NCBI GenBank assembly: GCA_951406725.2
Contig: OX597815.1
Span: 20,894,001 to 20,958,000 of the forward strand
From: Octopus vulgaris
Taxonomy: Eukaryota
DNA: 64,000 bases
Direction of reading: 5' to 3'
A program made the position numbers and the translations under genes. The notes under the pieces were generated by a model that worked only from the letters and a program-made list of their open reading frames with translations, made no database searches and had not been told where the DNA came from. This document shows positions 39,098 through 52,400 of this stretch, piece by piece (the stretch's first letter is position 1; each line of letters begins with the position of its first letter).

Positions 39098-40751
39098 CTT
39101 TTATCTGTTTCAGTCATTAGACTGCGGCAATGCACGAGTTAAGAACTCTTTTCCTCTGTTCGCATTCTCTCTCTCTTTCTCTCCGTCTCTCTCTCTGTCT
39201 CTCTCCCTCTCTATCTCTCTATCTATCTATCTCTGTTTCTCTTTCTCTCTCACTTTCTTCGTGTGCGCGCGTGCGTGTTTGTATGTTTGTATGTGTGTGT
39301 GTGTGTGTGAGTGCGCGCAATATATGTTTGGACTTGTAAAACTTACCTTTCTTTCTGTTTTCCTGAATTTTATGAAATAATATCATTTGGTTAAAACTCG
39401 CATTAGAGCTAAAACATGTAAATGCAGATAAGATTTGCTTGATTTACTTGCACACCAGACACACAGATACACACACACACACACACACACACACATATCA
39501 ATCATTCTGTGTATATACATATATACATATGTATGTACGTTAAATAAAATTCATTGAGAAATCAGGAGGCAATGCTATTAGAGAATTAAAATATTTAACT
39601 GGTTATATATAAAAAGTTGACGTTATACATGCTAGAAGTATGTACATTCATACATTCTTCTAGCATGTATTCGTACATACTTCTAGCATATATGTGTATA
39701 CTGTTTTTGTTACTAGCTTATATTTAAGTTAATCATTTTATAATATCTTATTCTTTACCTTTCTCTTGTTACACCACTTTTCATTCCAATTACGATTTTA
39801 ATAACGTTTCTATAGTATTTGCCACGTCTTCCTTAAAACAATATTTGTTCTAGCTCTTTCCTTTATAATTCTCAAATATTTTCTAACCACTAAAATCTTT
39901 CACATTGCTTTCTCATCCAACTCTCCTACCATCTTTACCTCTGCTTTTCTTTCCCACAAAAGCTTATTTCCCGTTTATCAGGCTGATATCTTCCATTGTC
40001 TAACGCTACAATGCAAGTAATCTCTGCCGCAGAGGAAGAGAGAGAAAATGGAAGCTGTGAACCAGCAACGCACACGAGTTTATTTTCGCGGAAACACGAA
40101 GCAGAATTCACTTTTAAGCTGTGTCTGCATCACTGTACATGCCATCTTGAATCAAACTAACTAATCACTTATGGCTGATGAGCAGAAATAAAAAATATCG
40201 TGATCGGTAACCATGCAAATTGTTTCTCCGTTATAGTTTTATGCATTTCATTTGTAAACTATTATCCTAGTTTTACCATTACTATTTTTCCTCTAATGCA
40301 TCCTAAAGTACTTGAGTACTGCTTCCTTTGAGATATCTCCGACACCAACCACTTGTTAATCACTTCTCATATTCAACTATCCCTACAGAAATTTTTTTCA
40401 TTCCATTTCACATAATGGTTTCCAACCAAGGGTTGTTATATAGGTAAACGTTTTATAAGAAGACTTTGCGGAATGTCAATTCTATCATCTATTTCCCAGA
40501 CGTGCTATCTTTTTTTCCAACACAATCAGACTCTTCCTATAGATGGTGATATGTTATTATCATTTGCTTCCTTTCTTTCTACTGCGATTGAGATAAACTG
40601 CCTGTTCCAAATGTACATATGCCCAACTCACTAGAATAATATCCTATGTGTGTATTGACAACATATTTAATTTCCTTATCTTAAAATCGAATCTATGCAT
40701 GCATGTACATATAGATATATATGTATGTATCTGTGTATGTATCTATGTATG

Positions 40752-40820
<69 letters not shown>

Positions 40821-41330
40821 GTTGTGTGTTTGTGTGTATATGAGTGTGGTGGGGAGAAAGAGATGGGAAAGAGGAATATATGAGTTGAATATGATACCTC
40901 ACTAGTCAATCTCCAAAGCGGGAGAAACTAAACGTGCCAAGTTCGAAATCCGTTATCTATGAGATTTTATTTATATTTTTTCTCGGTTTCCAAATTGCAT
41001 TTTGCCTCTGCATGGCGGTGGGGTGTATAAGTAAGAAGTCGAAGAATGAATTTAACAGAACTTTCATATTCGTTACGATCGTTTCTGTACCACTCCATTT
41101 CTGAAAACATTGCATATAAATAGAAAAAAAAAGAGTACGCATTAAGTGTGGTTGAATATATTAGAGTACAACTTTATCCAGAGTACCATTAAGTCATATC
41201 TTTTCAATGTTGTGTATTTAGTGTTGCTTATAGAAGAAGGAAGATATGAGAGTATAGACATCCAGAAGTTAGTGTCGAGTTTTACATTGGTAATACACCG
41301 ATTTTCTACCTTATCAGGACCGACTTTGTG

Positions 41331-41449
<119 letters not shown>

Positions 41450-41590
41450 GAGGGTAAATATATATATTTTAACCATTATTGAATCCTTTCGTCCATAAAT
41501 ATTTGTTATTGATTATTCCACAATCTTGACCTGAAATTAATATGTGAGTGTGTGTTCCTGCGTCTGTGTACATATATTTATATGTATGTA

Positions 41591-41656
<66 letters not shown>

Positions 41657-41755
41657 AATCCAAACATGAAAACACAAAGAGAAAACACAACAACGCGAGG
41701 ACGTGAAACAAGTATAGTGTTAGTGGACGCTCAGGAAAGGAAAGAAAGAAGTAGG

Positions 41756-41790
41756 ATTTAACGTTTCGAGCGTAGCTCTTCGTCAGAAAC
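41756..41790 (-). ncRNA. Minimal type-I hammerhead ribozyme within a pLTR-like repeat (41655-41860)
   Basis: GUUU-CUGACGA-a-GAGC(uac)GCUC-GAAA-CG-UU^AAAU; canonical core. Confidence 0.7.
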
Positions 41791-42344
41791 TTAGGAAAAG
41801 GAAAGATCTAAGGAAGGGAAGACGGAGGGAAAACAATTGCCAACGATACACACGCGGCCATATATATATATATATACTGCATATGAGGAGATGCGCGCAC
41901 TTGCATGTATCTAAATATAATACACATATATGTTTAGATGAATGTATGACTGTACATGTGTGCGTCTAGATACGTCTGTATTGCGTGTTCGTTTCTCTTT
42001 TTTCCGATTCTATTTTTAATCCTCTGTGTAAATGAAGATATTTCGTCCGTCTGACTACTTTTCTTTCTACCAAACGAAAAGTTACATTGCAGAACTGTTA
42101 TTTTAACGAGTTGTCTCCATTTATCATCCGACGAGATACATCTGCACTGTCGGATCCTCTTGAACCAGTTGTTGAGTGTCCCACCCATGAGGAGTCGATG
42201 CTAGATGTGTCGAAACAGTTATCGTGATTAATAAATTCTCGTATATTCCATCTACCGTCTTTCATTTGCCATATATATAACGATCGGTGTGAAAGTCACC
42301 GTGTTTTACCCGTAAGCTACCAGGTGTAAACCATTACTTTTTTT

Positions 42345-42405
<61 letters not shown>

Positions 42406-42752
42406 GTGTGTGTGTGTATACATGTCGCGGGGGAAATCTGGTCACTGATATAAACATCAATAGTGCTTTTTGTAATCACATTCATTTAAAGACCTTTTCT
42501 CTTATAACCCAACGCTACAAGCATGGACTTACAGAGTTAACCGCTATAAGTATCTACGACATTGTATAACTGACGACTGTTGAAATAGCTGAAGGCATTC
42601 TTCTTGATCCCTTCCATCATCATTGAAAAAATACATTAAAATATATAAATATAAACGTAAATGCTCACCTATACATTTGTAAGAATACTACATATATACA
42701 TGTATATGTATTTGTTGACATGTGGTATATGTATAAGTATATATATAAGTTA

Positions 42753-42984
42753 AGGCGGCGAACTGGCAGAAACGTTAGCACGCCGGGCGAAATGCCAAGC
42801 GGTATTTCGTCTGCCGCTACGTTCTGAGTTCAAATTCCGCCGGGATCGACTTTGCCTTTCATCCTTTCGGGGTCGATTAAATAAGTACCAGTTACGCACT
42901 GAGGTCGATATAATCGACTTAATCCGTTTGTCTGTCCTTGTTTGTCCTCTCTGTGTTTAGCCCCTTGTGGTAAGTAAAGAAATA
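42753..42984 (+). mobile_element. SINE family B with long TSD
   Basis: Near-identical to 2322-2547; ggtatatgtataagtata occurs on both sides (from 42724 and from 42985). Confidence 0.9.
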
Positions 42985-43799
42985 GGTATATGTATAAGTA
43001 TAGATATGTTTATAATGGAATAAGCAAACTTGTTCCCTTCAACATCACAAAGATAATCTGTAAGTATATCAAGGTAATAAAAATGAAGAGAGTTTCGTTA
43101 CTTTGCCGATGATGATTCAATTGTTTCATCAACAGAATTACCTATTTACTGATTAGCGTGTAAGTGGCTGAGCTGTCCACAGACGCCCGTATCTTTAACG
43201 TAATAATCAGACAGAATCGCTGTAACATGGTGTGCGATAAGGCTGTAGATTTGAATGACTTGTGTACTCTGTTGTTCGGGCTTCTACAGTTTCCATCAAT
43301 TCAATTTCACTCACAATGCTTGTCGCGGAACGAGGCCGTGATGTAAAGCGCCATCTTTCTCGTGACGCCACACATTGAGATCGAACCTGAGACCTCGTGG
43401 TTACAAATTTCTTAACCATTAGTCCATGCTTGCGATCAAATATCAAGGTAATACAGTGACAGTAAAAACCCTGCGTATGCTTGAGAAACACATAAATTTA
43501 TCAAAGTGCTTCCCCACAACAAATACTAGGCTTCACAATCTCTGACAATCTCTATTGGTGATCTTAACATATATCTTTACCACAAACAACTAAACTTACT
43601 CAAGCCAATATGAGTTCTTTTATGTAGTTGGCTGCCCTGTTAGAAACGTCAGTCAAATTTCCCTCATATCACGTCCCAACAGTCTTAAAAACGTAAAGAT
43701 GATACTGTCTTTCTTAATATATAAAGAGGTGTGATGGCTATGGCTGTAACACCTTTGATAATATGTCTGCTCAATCAGGGTTGAACAGGTATCATACAA

Positions 43800-44340
43800 G
43801 AGTGTGTGACTGGGTGTTTCTGTGTTAGTGTGTGCAATTGTACGTGTGTTATTGTGTGTGTATGCGTGTGCGTGTGTGTGTGTATGTAACTGCCTATGTA
43901 TCTAGCTGAATATATGCGTTAGTGTACACGCATGTGTCTGATTCTACGTTTATGTGTTATTAGGTGTGTAACTGTCTATGTCTGGTTGTGTCTATGTATA
44001 TGACTGTCTGTGTGTGTGTCATTCTATTAGTGTATGTGTAAGTAGATACGCGTCTGCGTGTATATTAGGATGTAACTGTATGTAATGGCCTATGTGCCTG
44101 TGTTAGTGTGTTTGCCTAGGTGTGTATTTGTACAAATATCTGTGTGTGTGCTTATGAATGTGTCTATGTGTTAGTGAGCGTATAACTATTTATGTTAGCA
44201 CATGTTTAATCCTTTGCCTGTTTTAATGTTGCTTTGCGTTAATGTGCGTATATATGTGCTATCGAATTCGTGCCTGAGCATGTGATTGAATGTCGGTGCG
44301 TGTTTAACCGTACGTGTGTCTGGGTGTATAACAGACTTTC
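43800..44340. repeat. Highly decayed TG-rich low-complexity tract (similar tract at 45500-46000)
   Basis: Read directly. Confidence 0.7.
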
Positions 44341-44749
44341 TACAATCGTAACTCTTCTATATTGCTGCAAAGTTATAAAACAATCTAACTTAAATCACCT
44401 CTTACTCACTGCTGAAACGCTAATTGTTCTTGATTATAAATATGGAAAATCAGTATCTAGAATAAAAACTAAATATCTTCTAATTCTTCCAAGACAATAC
44501 TCACACTCTCCTTCCTTATATGAATTAATACATACTTCGCAAATGATACCTGCTCTAGTTGCTACTTTCTTACATGATGCTCAAAATCTAGTTATCTCCT
44601 TCGAGGAGCTAGTAGCAAACTGAGTAGTGCTCTACCTAAATTATAACAAATTCATTTTCGAAAGAAGACACAATTATAAATTACGAAATTAAACCGATAA
44701 TATTTTCAATTGTGTGGTTTTTCAATAACTTGACATATATGGAGCCGCG

Positions 44750-45090
44750 TGAGTTTCTTTGGTACCAAGACTCTGGCAGGATTACGGGATACCATCGGTT
44801 GGATTTTGCATCGGAGAAACGATTATATTCAGAAACTGGGATGCATCCAGTTATTTGTATGATTGGTGAGCATCAGCTCAGACTGTTTGGTCATGTTGCT
44901 CGAATTTCTGAGTTGGATGTTGCGTATTGTTTTCTGTTCTCTGAGGATCCGACTTGAGTGACGGCTCGTGTTGGTCAAGCACATACCACGTGGTCACGGC
45001 AGATGAGGAAGTGTCTCGCAGAGATTGGGACGGCCTGGAGTACTGCTTGGCGGGTTGCTCGGGACGACCCGATCAAGTTCAGACAAATAT
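44750..45090 (+). mobile_element. RTE-clade LINE 3' fragment
   Basis: RITGYHRLDF..RLYSETGM...QLRLFGHVAR...TTWSRQM...TAWRVARDDP matches the RTE C-terminal pattern. Confidence 0.8.
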
Positions 45091-46283
45091 CTTACCCAAC
45101 CTGATCTTTTAAAATCAAGAACACCTTTCGTGGACTCGATGAGCTGGCGCTAGAGTGACTTTCTATGAGGTTTCAAAAATAACTTGACGGTTCTTACACT
45201 GCGTCATAGGATAGAAAATCTATTGTAAAAAACATACCCAGCCAAAACAAATTTATGGAACTTGACCACACATCTCACAAACAATGAAACCACAGTATGT
45301 TGGGCAATGCTTTAAAACCAAACATGATCTAGTATCTGAATATGTCATTTGGAGAGCTCGTTTAGCTGGCTGGATCGGTCGAAAGCCTTCTAATCGAGGT
45401 GTGGCCGCCTGTGATTCTCGATGTAAGCTGCAAGTATAGTTATGCAATATTCTCTGAGCTTCTCTTCAGAGAAGCCCAGAGGTATGTCTTAATTGGCAGG
45501 GTGCCAAATGAAAATGATTGTGTGTCAATATGTGTGTAACTATGTATGTTTGTATGCAGTGTGTATCTAACTGTGCGTTAAGGTGTGCGGTTTTGGGTTT
45601 GTGTGTACGTGTGCAAGCGTACGTGTATATGTGTGTGCGTGTGCAAGCGTATGAGTGAAGATGTGTACGCTTGTGTATAAAACAGTGCGTGTCTGGGTGC
45701 GCCTGTGTATCAATATGTTTGTAACTATATGTGACCAAGGGAGCTGCGTTTCAATGTGTAACAGTAAATGGCAGGGTATATGCGTCGTTGTTAGAGTATG
45801 TAACGGTGTGTCTGATTGTTTGTCTGTATATTAGTCAGTGTATATGTATGTGTCTGTGTGTGTCTGTATGTTTACCTCTGTGTGTTTCTGGATGTGTGCC
45901 CTTGCATGTGTATGTACGACTGAATATGTGACTGGATGTGTGACTGGATGTATGGCGGTGTGCAGCCAGGTGTGTGTCAGGCTGTGTAGTATGTTTCTAA
46001 CATTACACAGAGTGATTTAAGTAATGTAGATCGAACATACATTAGGTTGGACATATCCGAGATCAAAGAACACTTCCATAAAAATATAGACAAAAAACAA
46101 ATAGGATGATCTGTGTTATGCTAGAAGTAGAAATGATATCGTCAAAATATGGACATTAAGAAAATCAATAAGGTGAAGCAAACGCTAAAACCATCTTAAG
46201 TGTTATATATATTTGTGCGTATGTGCGTGTGTATGCGGATAAAACCTTCTATATATGTGTGTGTGTGTGTGTATGTATACATA

Positions 46284-46329
<46 letters not shown>

Positions 46330-46348
46330 ATATATATGTATATATATG

Positions 46349-46408
<60 letters not shown>

Positions 46409-46581
46409 TATGCATGTACGTATACACATAAATGCATATGTAAAGACATACACACACATATCTACGTATATACAAACAGAGCGAGAGGGGATAGACAAAT
46501 ATATTGATATATTGAAAGTCGCACAAATATATATGTGTGTGTGTGTGTGTGTGTAAATACGAATATATATATATATATATG

Positions 46582-46633
<52 letters not shown>

Positions 46634-47466
46634 AACATGTGTTATATACATACATATATGTATGTACATATATTAATGTGTGCATATGCATTTATGTATG
46701 TATGTATATGTGTATGTATGCACACATGCACGTTTTATGTCTGGTACCATATATAGAGATATAAGGTACCAGACACAAAAATCAATGGCTTTAGTTCTTT
46801 ATTATTTTTTTTTCTCACTGCAATTGTTGTATGGCATCTTTGCAAAGGCAATTAACTCTGCCTCCCTGTCAGATGTATCGTTCTCGTCTCTAGAACGTTG
46901 TGGTAATGCGTAGAAAATAACTTTGCAACTAAAGTGAAAGTAAGCATTTGATATTTTCAATGCTATAAAAGAGATATGAAGGTTTTTTTTTGTTTTTTTT
47001 TTGCTTTTTTGTTTAAGTGCAAACGCTTTTATGTATACCAAATGAAAATATTTAAATAAAAAATGCCGACAGAAATTGTAATATAAAATATAAAAATTAT
47101 CATTTTAGTAAAAATTCTTCCAGGATTACCAACATTGAAATCGTATAAAACATAAATGAAAATAGCATATACTTATGTGCAGTGTTTCTGTGAACAAGGT
47201 TAGATACATAGAGATACATATGTACGAACATATGTATATATATATATATATACATATGTACATATACATATATATAAACACACACATAGCATAATATAAA
47301 TAGATAAATAAATGACTAGCTAGCTAGATAATTCAAACATATGAATATATATATATATGCATATGCACATGTGTACAGCATAATGTATGTGTGTATGAGT
47401 GATATAATGGAGATAGAGAGAGAGAGAGAGAGAGTGAAAGAGAGTGAACAAGATAGACAGACAGTT

Positions 47467-47544
<78 letters not shown>

Positions 47545-48255
47545 AGAGAGAGAGAGAGAGATAGCTATCCCCACATGAGTATATGCATGAATGTATAAAG
47601 AATGTATGTTTTTACATGGATCACTTTATAGATATTTTTTTGTAAATGAAATTGAATCTTCACAATTTAAAAATACAGGTTTCACATTTTTGATTCTCAA
47701 ACATCTGCTTTACATTCAAAATCAACTCTCTCTCTCTCTCCGTCTCTCTCTCTCTCTTGGTTTGTGTGTGTGTCGTAAACAAAATTTCTCCAATACAACT
47801 GTGTTAGAATTGTGTGTAGTCTAATGGACATTTTTTTTTATTCTGTTAAGGAAGTAATCCATGGTTATCTTGCTCATAAATAAAATTATATGTATGTGTG
47901 TGTATACACGTGTAAGGAGAATGAGACAGAGAAAGAGGGCAAAAATCAGTCGACCTTGAAAGAATTTGCTAGCTTTAAAAATTACGAAATGGCGGCCAGA
48001 GACGGTAGCAGGTAACATGCAGAATGACGTTGACCAGCACACATGACGGTGAGAACAGACGATAAGGTTCTGTTTTCTATGAAACATTCTTTTTCTCTTT
48101 ATTATTTATTCTTTTGTGTGTATGTTTTGATTACACATAAGCAGTGAAGTTTGTTTGCTTTTTAAATTCTGACTATGCACTTATCCAGTAGTGAGCAATG
48201 TGCATGAATACCTGAGCCAATTTTGGCCCCTTAGTGGGCCAAAATGAGTAGCTCT

Positions 48256-48287
<32 letters not shown>

Positions 48288-48309
48288 TAGTTGAAAGATA
48301 TATATAATT

Positions 48310-48693
48310 TGTCCACTTAAGAACCAATGCATGCAAAAAAACATCATATACAAATGCACAATCACCACACCATAACATAAATACACATACATAGGAGCCT
48401 CCGAAAATCAATTTAAGGACCGTTATCGCAACCATATCTCCTCATTCCGAAAGATAAGCCGACGACACGCAACATCACCAGCGGACCTACTATGGAGATT
48501 AAAAGAAAGAAAAATAAAATATGAAATAGAATCTTCAATAATAAAAACAAAATGCACAAAATAAGGTATTATCCGGCGTCTGTGCTTTGAAGAAGCCTTG
48601 TACATTCTGGTGAGTAAAGAAAACTTGGTAAACGAGCATGCTGAAAAAATACCAAGATGTTGCCACCGCGCGAAATTTGCATTTTCTAGATAG
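48310..48693 (+). pseudogene. Penelope-like element GIY-YIG endonuclease remnant
   Basis: Single frame CPLKNQCMQKNIIYKCTI..*..YIGASENQFKDRYRNHISSFR...LWRLK...LCFEEALYIL...LVNEHAE..RCCHRAKF with two TAA stops (48373, 48562). Confidence 0.88.
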
Positions 48694-49116
48694 TCGATGA
48701 ATAATAATAATAATTCAGTGAACTTTCTCCTTCTCCCCTTCCCCCATACTCATGTATACATGTGTCAGGTTTTTTTTCTATATATACGTATGAGTGCCTG
48801 TCCGCGTGTTTAGTATGCATGAATGAATGTATCCACATATATGTATGTATGTATGCATGTATGTATGTATGTATGTATGTATTTATGTATATGTGAATAT
48901 GCATGCATGCATGTATGTATGTATTTATGTATGTGTGAGTATGCATATATATATATACATGCATCAATGTATGCATATGCGTGCGTGTGTGTATGTATAT
49001 ATATTTGTACATGTGTATGTATGTCAGTGCGATTACATATTCGTATACGTGTGCGTGTGTATATATTTGTGTATATGTATGTTGCATGTATGTGTATATA
49101 TACGTATGTGTGTGTG

Positions 49117-49335
49117 TTTTACTCATTTACTTTTTTACTCTTTTACACGTTTCAGTCATTTGGCTGTGACCATGCTGGAGCACCGCCTTTAGTCAAAGAA
49201 ATCGCCCGCAGGGCTTATTCTTTGTAAGTCTAGTATTTATTGTATCGGTGTCTTTTTCCGAACCGCTAGGTTTCGGGGACATAAACACACCAACATCGTT
49301 GTCAAGCGATGGTGGAGGGACAAACCCAAAGACGC
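49117..49335 (-). mobile_element. SINE family A, 3' half, diverged
   Basis: Reverse complement of the family A 3' body and tail. Confidence 0.85.
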
Positions 49336-49357
49336 ACATACACACACACACACACAC

Positions 49358-49405
<48 letters not shown>

Positions 49406-49438
49406 TCAAAATAAGCAACAAGAATAACTTCGGTAATT

Positions 49439-49522
49439 TGGTACGATCGTTTCACGCTACATCATTTTATTAAATATTGTAAGTATTACAACAGTTTTAA
49501 AATGTTGAGCAATCATCAGCCA
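49439..49522 (-). ncRNA. Type-I hammerhead ribozyme with ~60-nt extended stem II
   Basis: UGG-CUGAUGA-u-UGCUCAACAUUUUA aaac UGUUGUAA(uac)UUACAAUA uuuaa UAAAAUGAUGUAGCG-u-GAAA-CGAUCG-UA^CCA; palindromic stem III ACGAUCGU. Confidence 0.8.
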
Positions 49523-50399
49523 TTTATAGAGGTTTTCCATTAATACATAATTTTCATATTATGAATAACACCATACAAAATTCTGGTGCATCTAACTTAA
49601 GTACCATATTCATTTGAATCTATATATATATATAAAAATCAAAAAGATATATAAACAAGCGGCATAACGTATACTGAATGTAAAAACAAGTGTGAAACAA
49701 ACAGTTATCGACCAATGGTAGTTTTCATTTTCGCACCTTTAACGATAGGACCGAATGCTTCCCTGTTGGCGGTGCCCCCCAAAAAGGTTTTCATGCGTAG
49801 CATTAGGGACAAGAGCAAACAAAACGAAACAAAACAAGCAAACCGATACAGAGCGTTTTAGGACAGTGAACGAGGACAAACAGTTGAACAAGATACGGCC
49901 TTGGGGTCAAGAAGACGAGAATAGTGGGTAACGCTTAGAAAATGTATGTATGTATGTATGTATGTATGTATGTATGTATGTATGTATGTATGTGTGTATG
50001 TGGAGGTGGCGGTGTGCGTGTATGTATCCGAGCGTTAGTACGTGCATGGATGTAATAGGCCGATTCATAAAGGTCAGCTAAGGACAATCGCATGTGTAAC
50101 CATCCACGAAGAACAAATCAGCAGTATAAAGAAATAAAATGCCAATCCCTTTAAAATGGCAACCACTACATCACCTTCCCACTACATCTACACATTCAAA
50201 GCGGGTTGCTAACGGCCCATCGGCAACAACACACCTTGATATACTTAGTGGCTACCACAAAATTCATGCCCTGACAGACAGAGAGGATGTTCTTGAAGCC
50301 GAGAATTTGAACTTACGGAGACAGTATTTACATATCCCCTGAGAAAACACAACTAGATCTCATAATGCAGGGAAACGGTTGCATAATCAAGCACCTGTG

Positions 50400-50437
50400 C
50401 GCCTGAAGAACTACGTTGCGTGGAAACAATTGTAGTG
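50400..50437 (+). ncRNA. Minimal type-I hammerhead ribozyme
   Basis: CGC-CUGAAGA-ac-UACG(uug)CGUG-GAAA-CAAUUG-UA^GUG; palindromic stem III ACAAUUGU. Confidence 0.7.
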
Positions 50438-50963
50438 ATAGAAAATAAGTGTCCATCTGTACTTCTTGTTGACTCACCGTTCTTCATAATACCACACAAC
50501 TGGTTTGATGGGTGGGCCAACATTCTCCTCTCAGCAAAATGCCAGTACATCGCGGAGTTACTCATTAACAGCTGAGTAAACTGCAGCAGCATAAAATGAA
50601 GTGTTTTGCTCAAGCAAGAAGACAACGCTCACCAGTTTGGGTTTTGGAACCCCGATATTACGATTGTGAGTGCAACACTATATCCACAAGGCCACGAACA
50701 TTTACAAGTGTGTGTGTGTGTATGTGTGTGTATGTGTGTGTATGTGTGTGTGTGTGTGTCTGTCTGTCTGTCTGTCAGTCTGTCTGTCTGTCTGTGTGTC
50801 TGTGTGTGCGTCTGTGTGTCTGTGTGTGTGCGTGTGTCTGTTTCTCTGTGTGTGTCTGCGTCTGTGTGTCTGTGTGTTTGTGTGTGTGCGTGTGTGTGTT
50901 TGTGTGTGTGTATGAATACATACATGTATACATACAATCACACATATATGCATGTATATAGAC

Positions 50964-51165
50964 ATACAACTATGTTCAAAAAGTATCCCACTTCATTTTT
51001 TACCGCCGAAAGTAATATCGCGTGGGCAAAATCCTTTGTGTAGGAGGTGATACCACTCTTCCTGAGAATGTGCGAAAATTTTCGCGGCGGTGGGCTGCGT
51101 CAGTTCCTGGCTGTTACGCCTAGAGTACAGCTACGTAGTACAAGCTCGTCGGATTTTCGTTTTCT
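50964..51165 (+). mobile_element. Probable mariner-type element terminal fragment
   Basis: ta-caactatgttcaaaaagtatcc resembles mariner TIR starts (..TGTTCAAAAAGTATCC); no partner TIR seen. Confidence 0.45.
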
Positions 51166-52365
51166 GGGCCAGACTATAACTGCAGTCACACCAGCATAAC
51201 TTCCACCGCTAGACTGTCCACCATCATACAGTCATAACCGTAACTGCTGCTACGACTACTACGTCAACAATTACGACAGGTTTTCTCAACCGTTACATAA
51301 ACATAACCACATTTATTTATTTATTTATCTCCTTATTTATTATTGTAAAGAGCGTCGTTGCTGATTTAGACTTCCGTCAATCACTACGTTGACCAACAGT
51401 CGATAACTACTATTCTCTTAACTGCTAACGGTTACTATTGTTAATCTCTTTGTTGACCAGTATTTGACTCTTGCTAACCAAACTGAATCTCTTGTTGGAA
51501 CTATGAGCACCTTCGAACCGAACTGATTGAATCGTTTGTTTATCTGTAAAAAAAAAAACATAAATAGATTTATCAGAAACCAAATAGAAATACTGAATCA
51601 ATAAATCACTTGATTCTTTGTTTAAGTTTTCGGATTTTTTTTTCTCTTTTTTTTAGGTTGTTTTATAAGATATAAAAATGTCGCCAATTTCTTACAAATA
51701 TCTTAAATATAACATTTCACAAACTTTTAAATGGCGAAAAAGCAAAACTAGAGCAAAAGCGTAAAAAAATAAATAATAAAAGATAAACTTTACCACATTC
51801 TTTCAAAAGTTTTTATTGTTATTATTTTTATTTTATATTTTTTTATAAAGTAAAGAATAACGTTCAAGTGACTAAATCTTATATTTATTGACACTGTGGA
51901 AATCTCATAAAAAGATGATCTATCAGATGCACCAGTTATGGTATGTTCCACTGAATCATACTATGTTCTCGAAGGATTTCATGGCTACTATCATTAGCAG
52001 AAGGTATTTGTTGGAGAAACCTAGCGATATGCATATCTTGTTTTTTCGCATTATTGTTTCATATTTTTTAAAGCCTCTTCCTGCTTCTATTCTAGGATTG
52101 CAAAATGGAGGTATCATGATATTCATCTCTGACATCATTAAAATGCACTTAGCCGTGTGAGCTGAGTAGTTGATGGAGCTGGAAAAAATAGTTGAGTCAC
52201 AATGAACATATTTACATACGGTTTCAGTGAGATGGACAACTTGTTTTTTCTATTTTCTTTTAAGCTTTTGAAAATAATATATATGTGTGTGTGCGTGTGT
52301 ATAAGTACGTACGTACATATGTATGCATGTATGTATGCAAACACTTACATACGTATGTATGCGTG

Positions 52366-52400
<35 letters not shown>

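Noticed and set aside
41070-41180. Minus-strand GAAA-CGATCG-TA half hammerhead
   Set aside because: No recognisable CUGANGA or stem I partner upstream; at most a relic
46738-46775. Small hairpin tgtctggtacc...ggtaccagaca
   Set aside because: Short, isolated and in low-complexity DNA; no functional signal
47987-48017. AAATGGCGGCC (YY1/start-like) with CAG|GTAACA, a possible first coding exon MAARDGS
   Set aside because: No downstream exon found; the nearby GTGAGT at ~48610 lies inside the PLE relic
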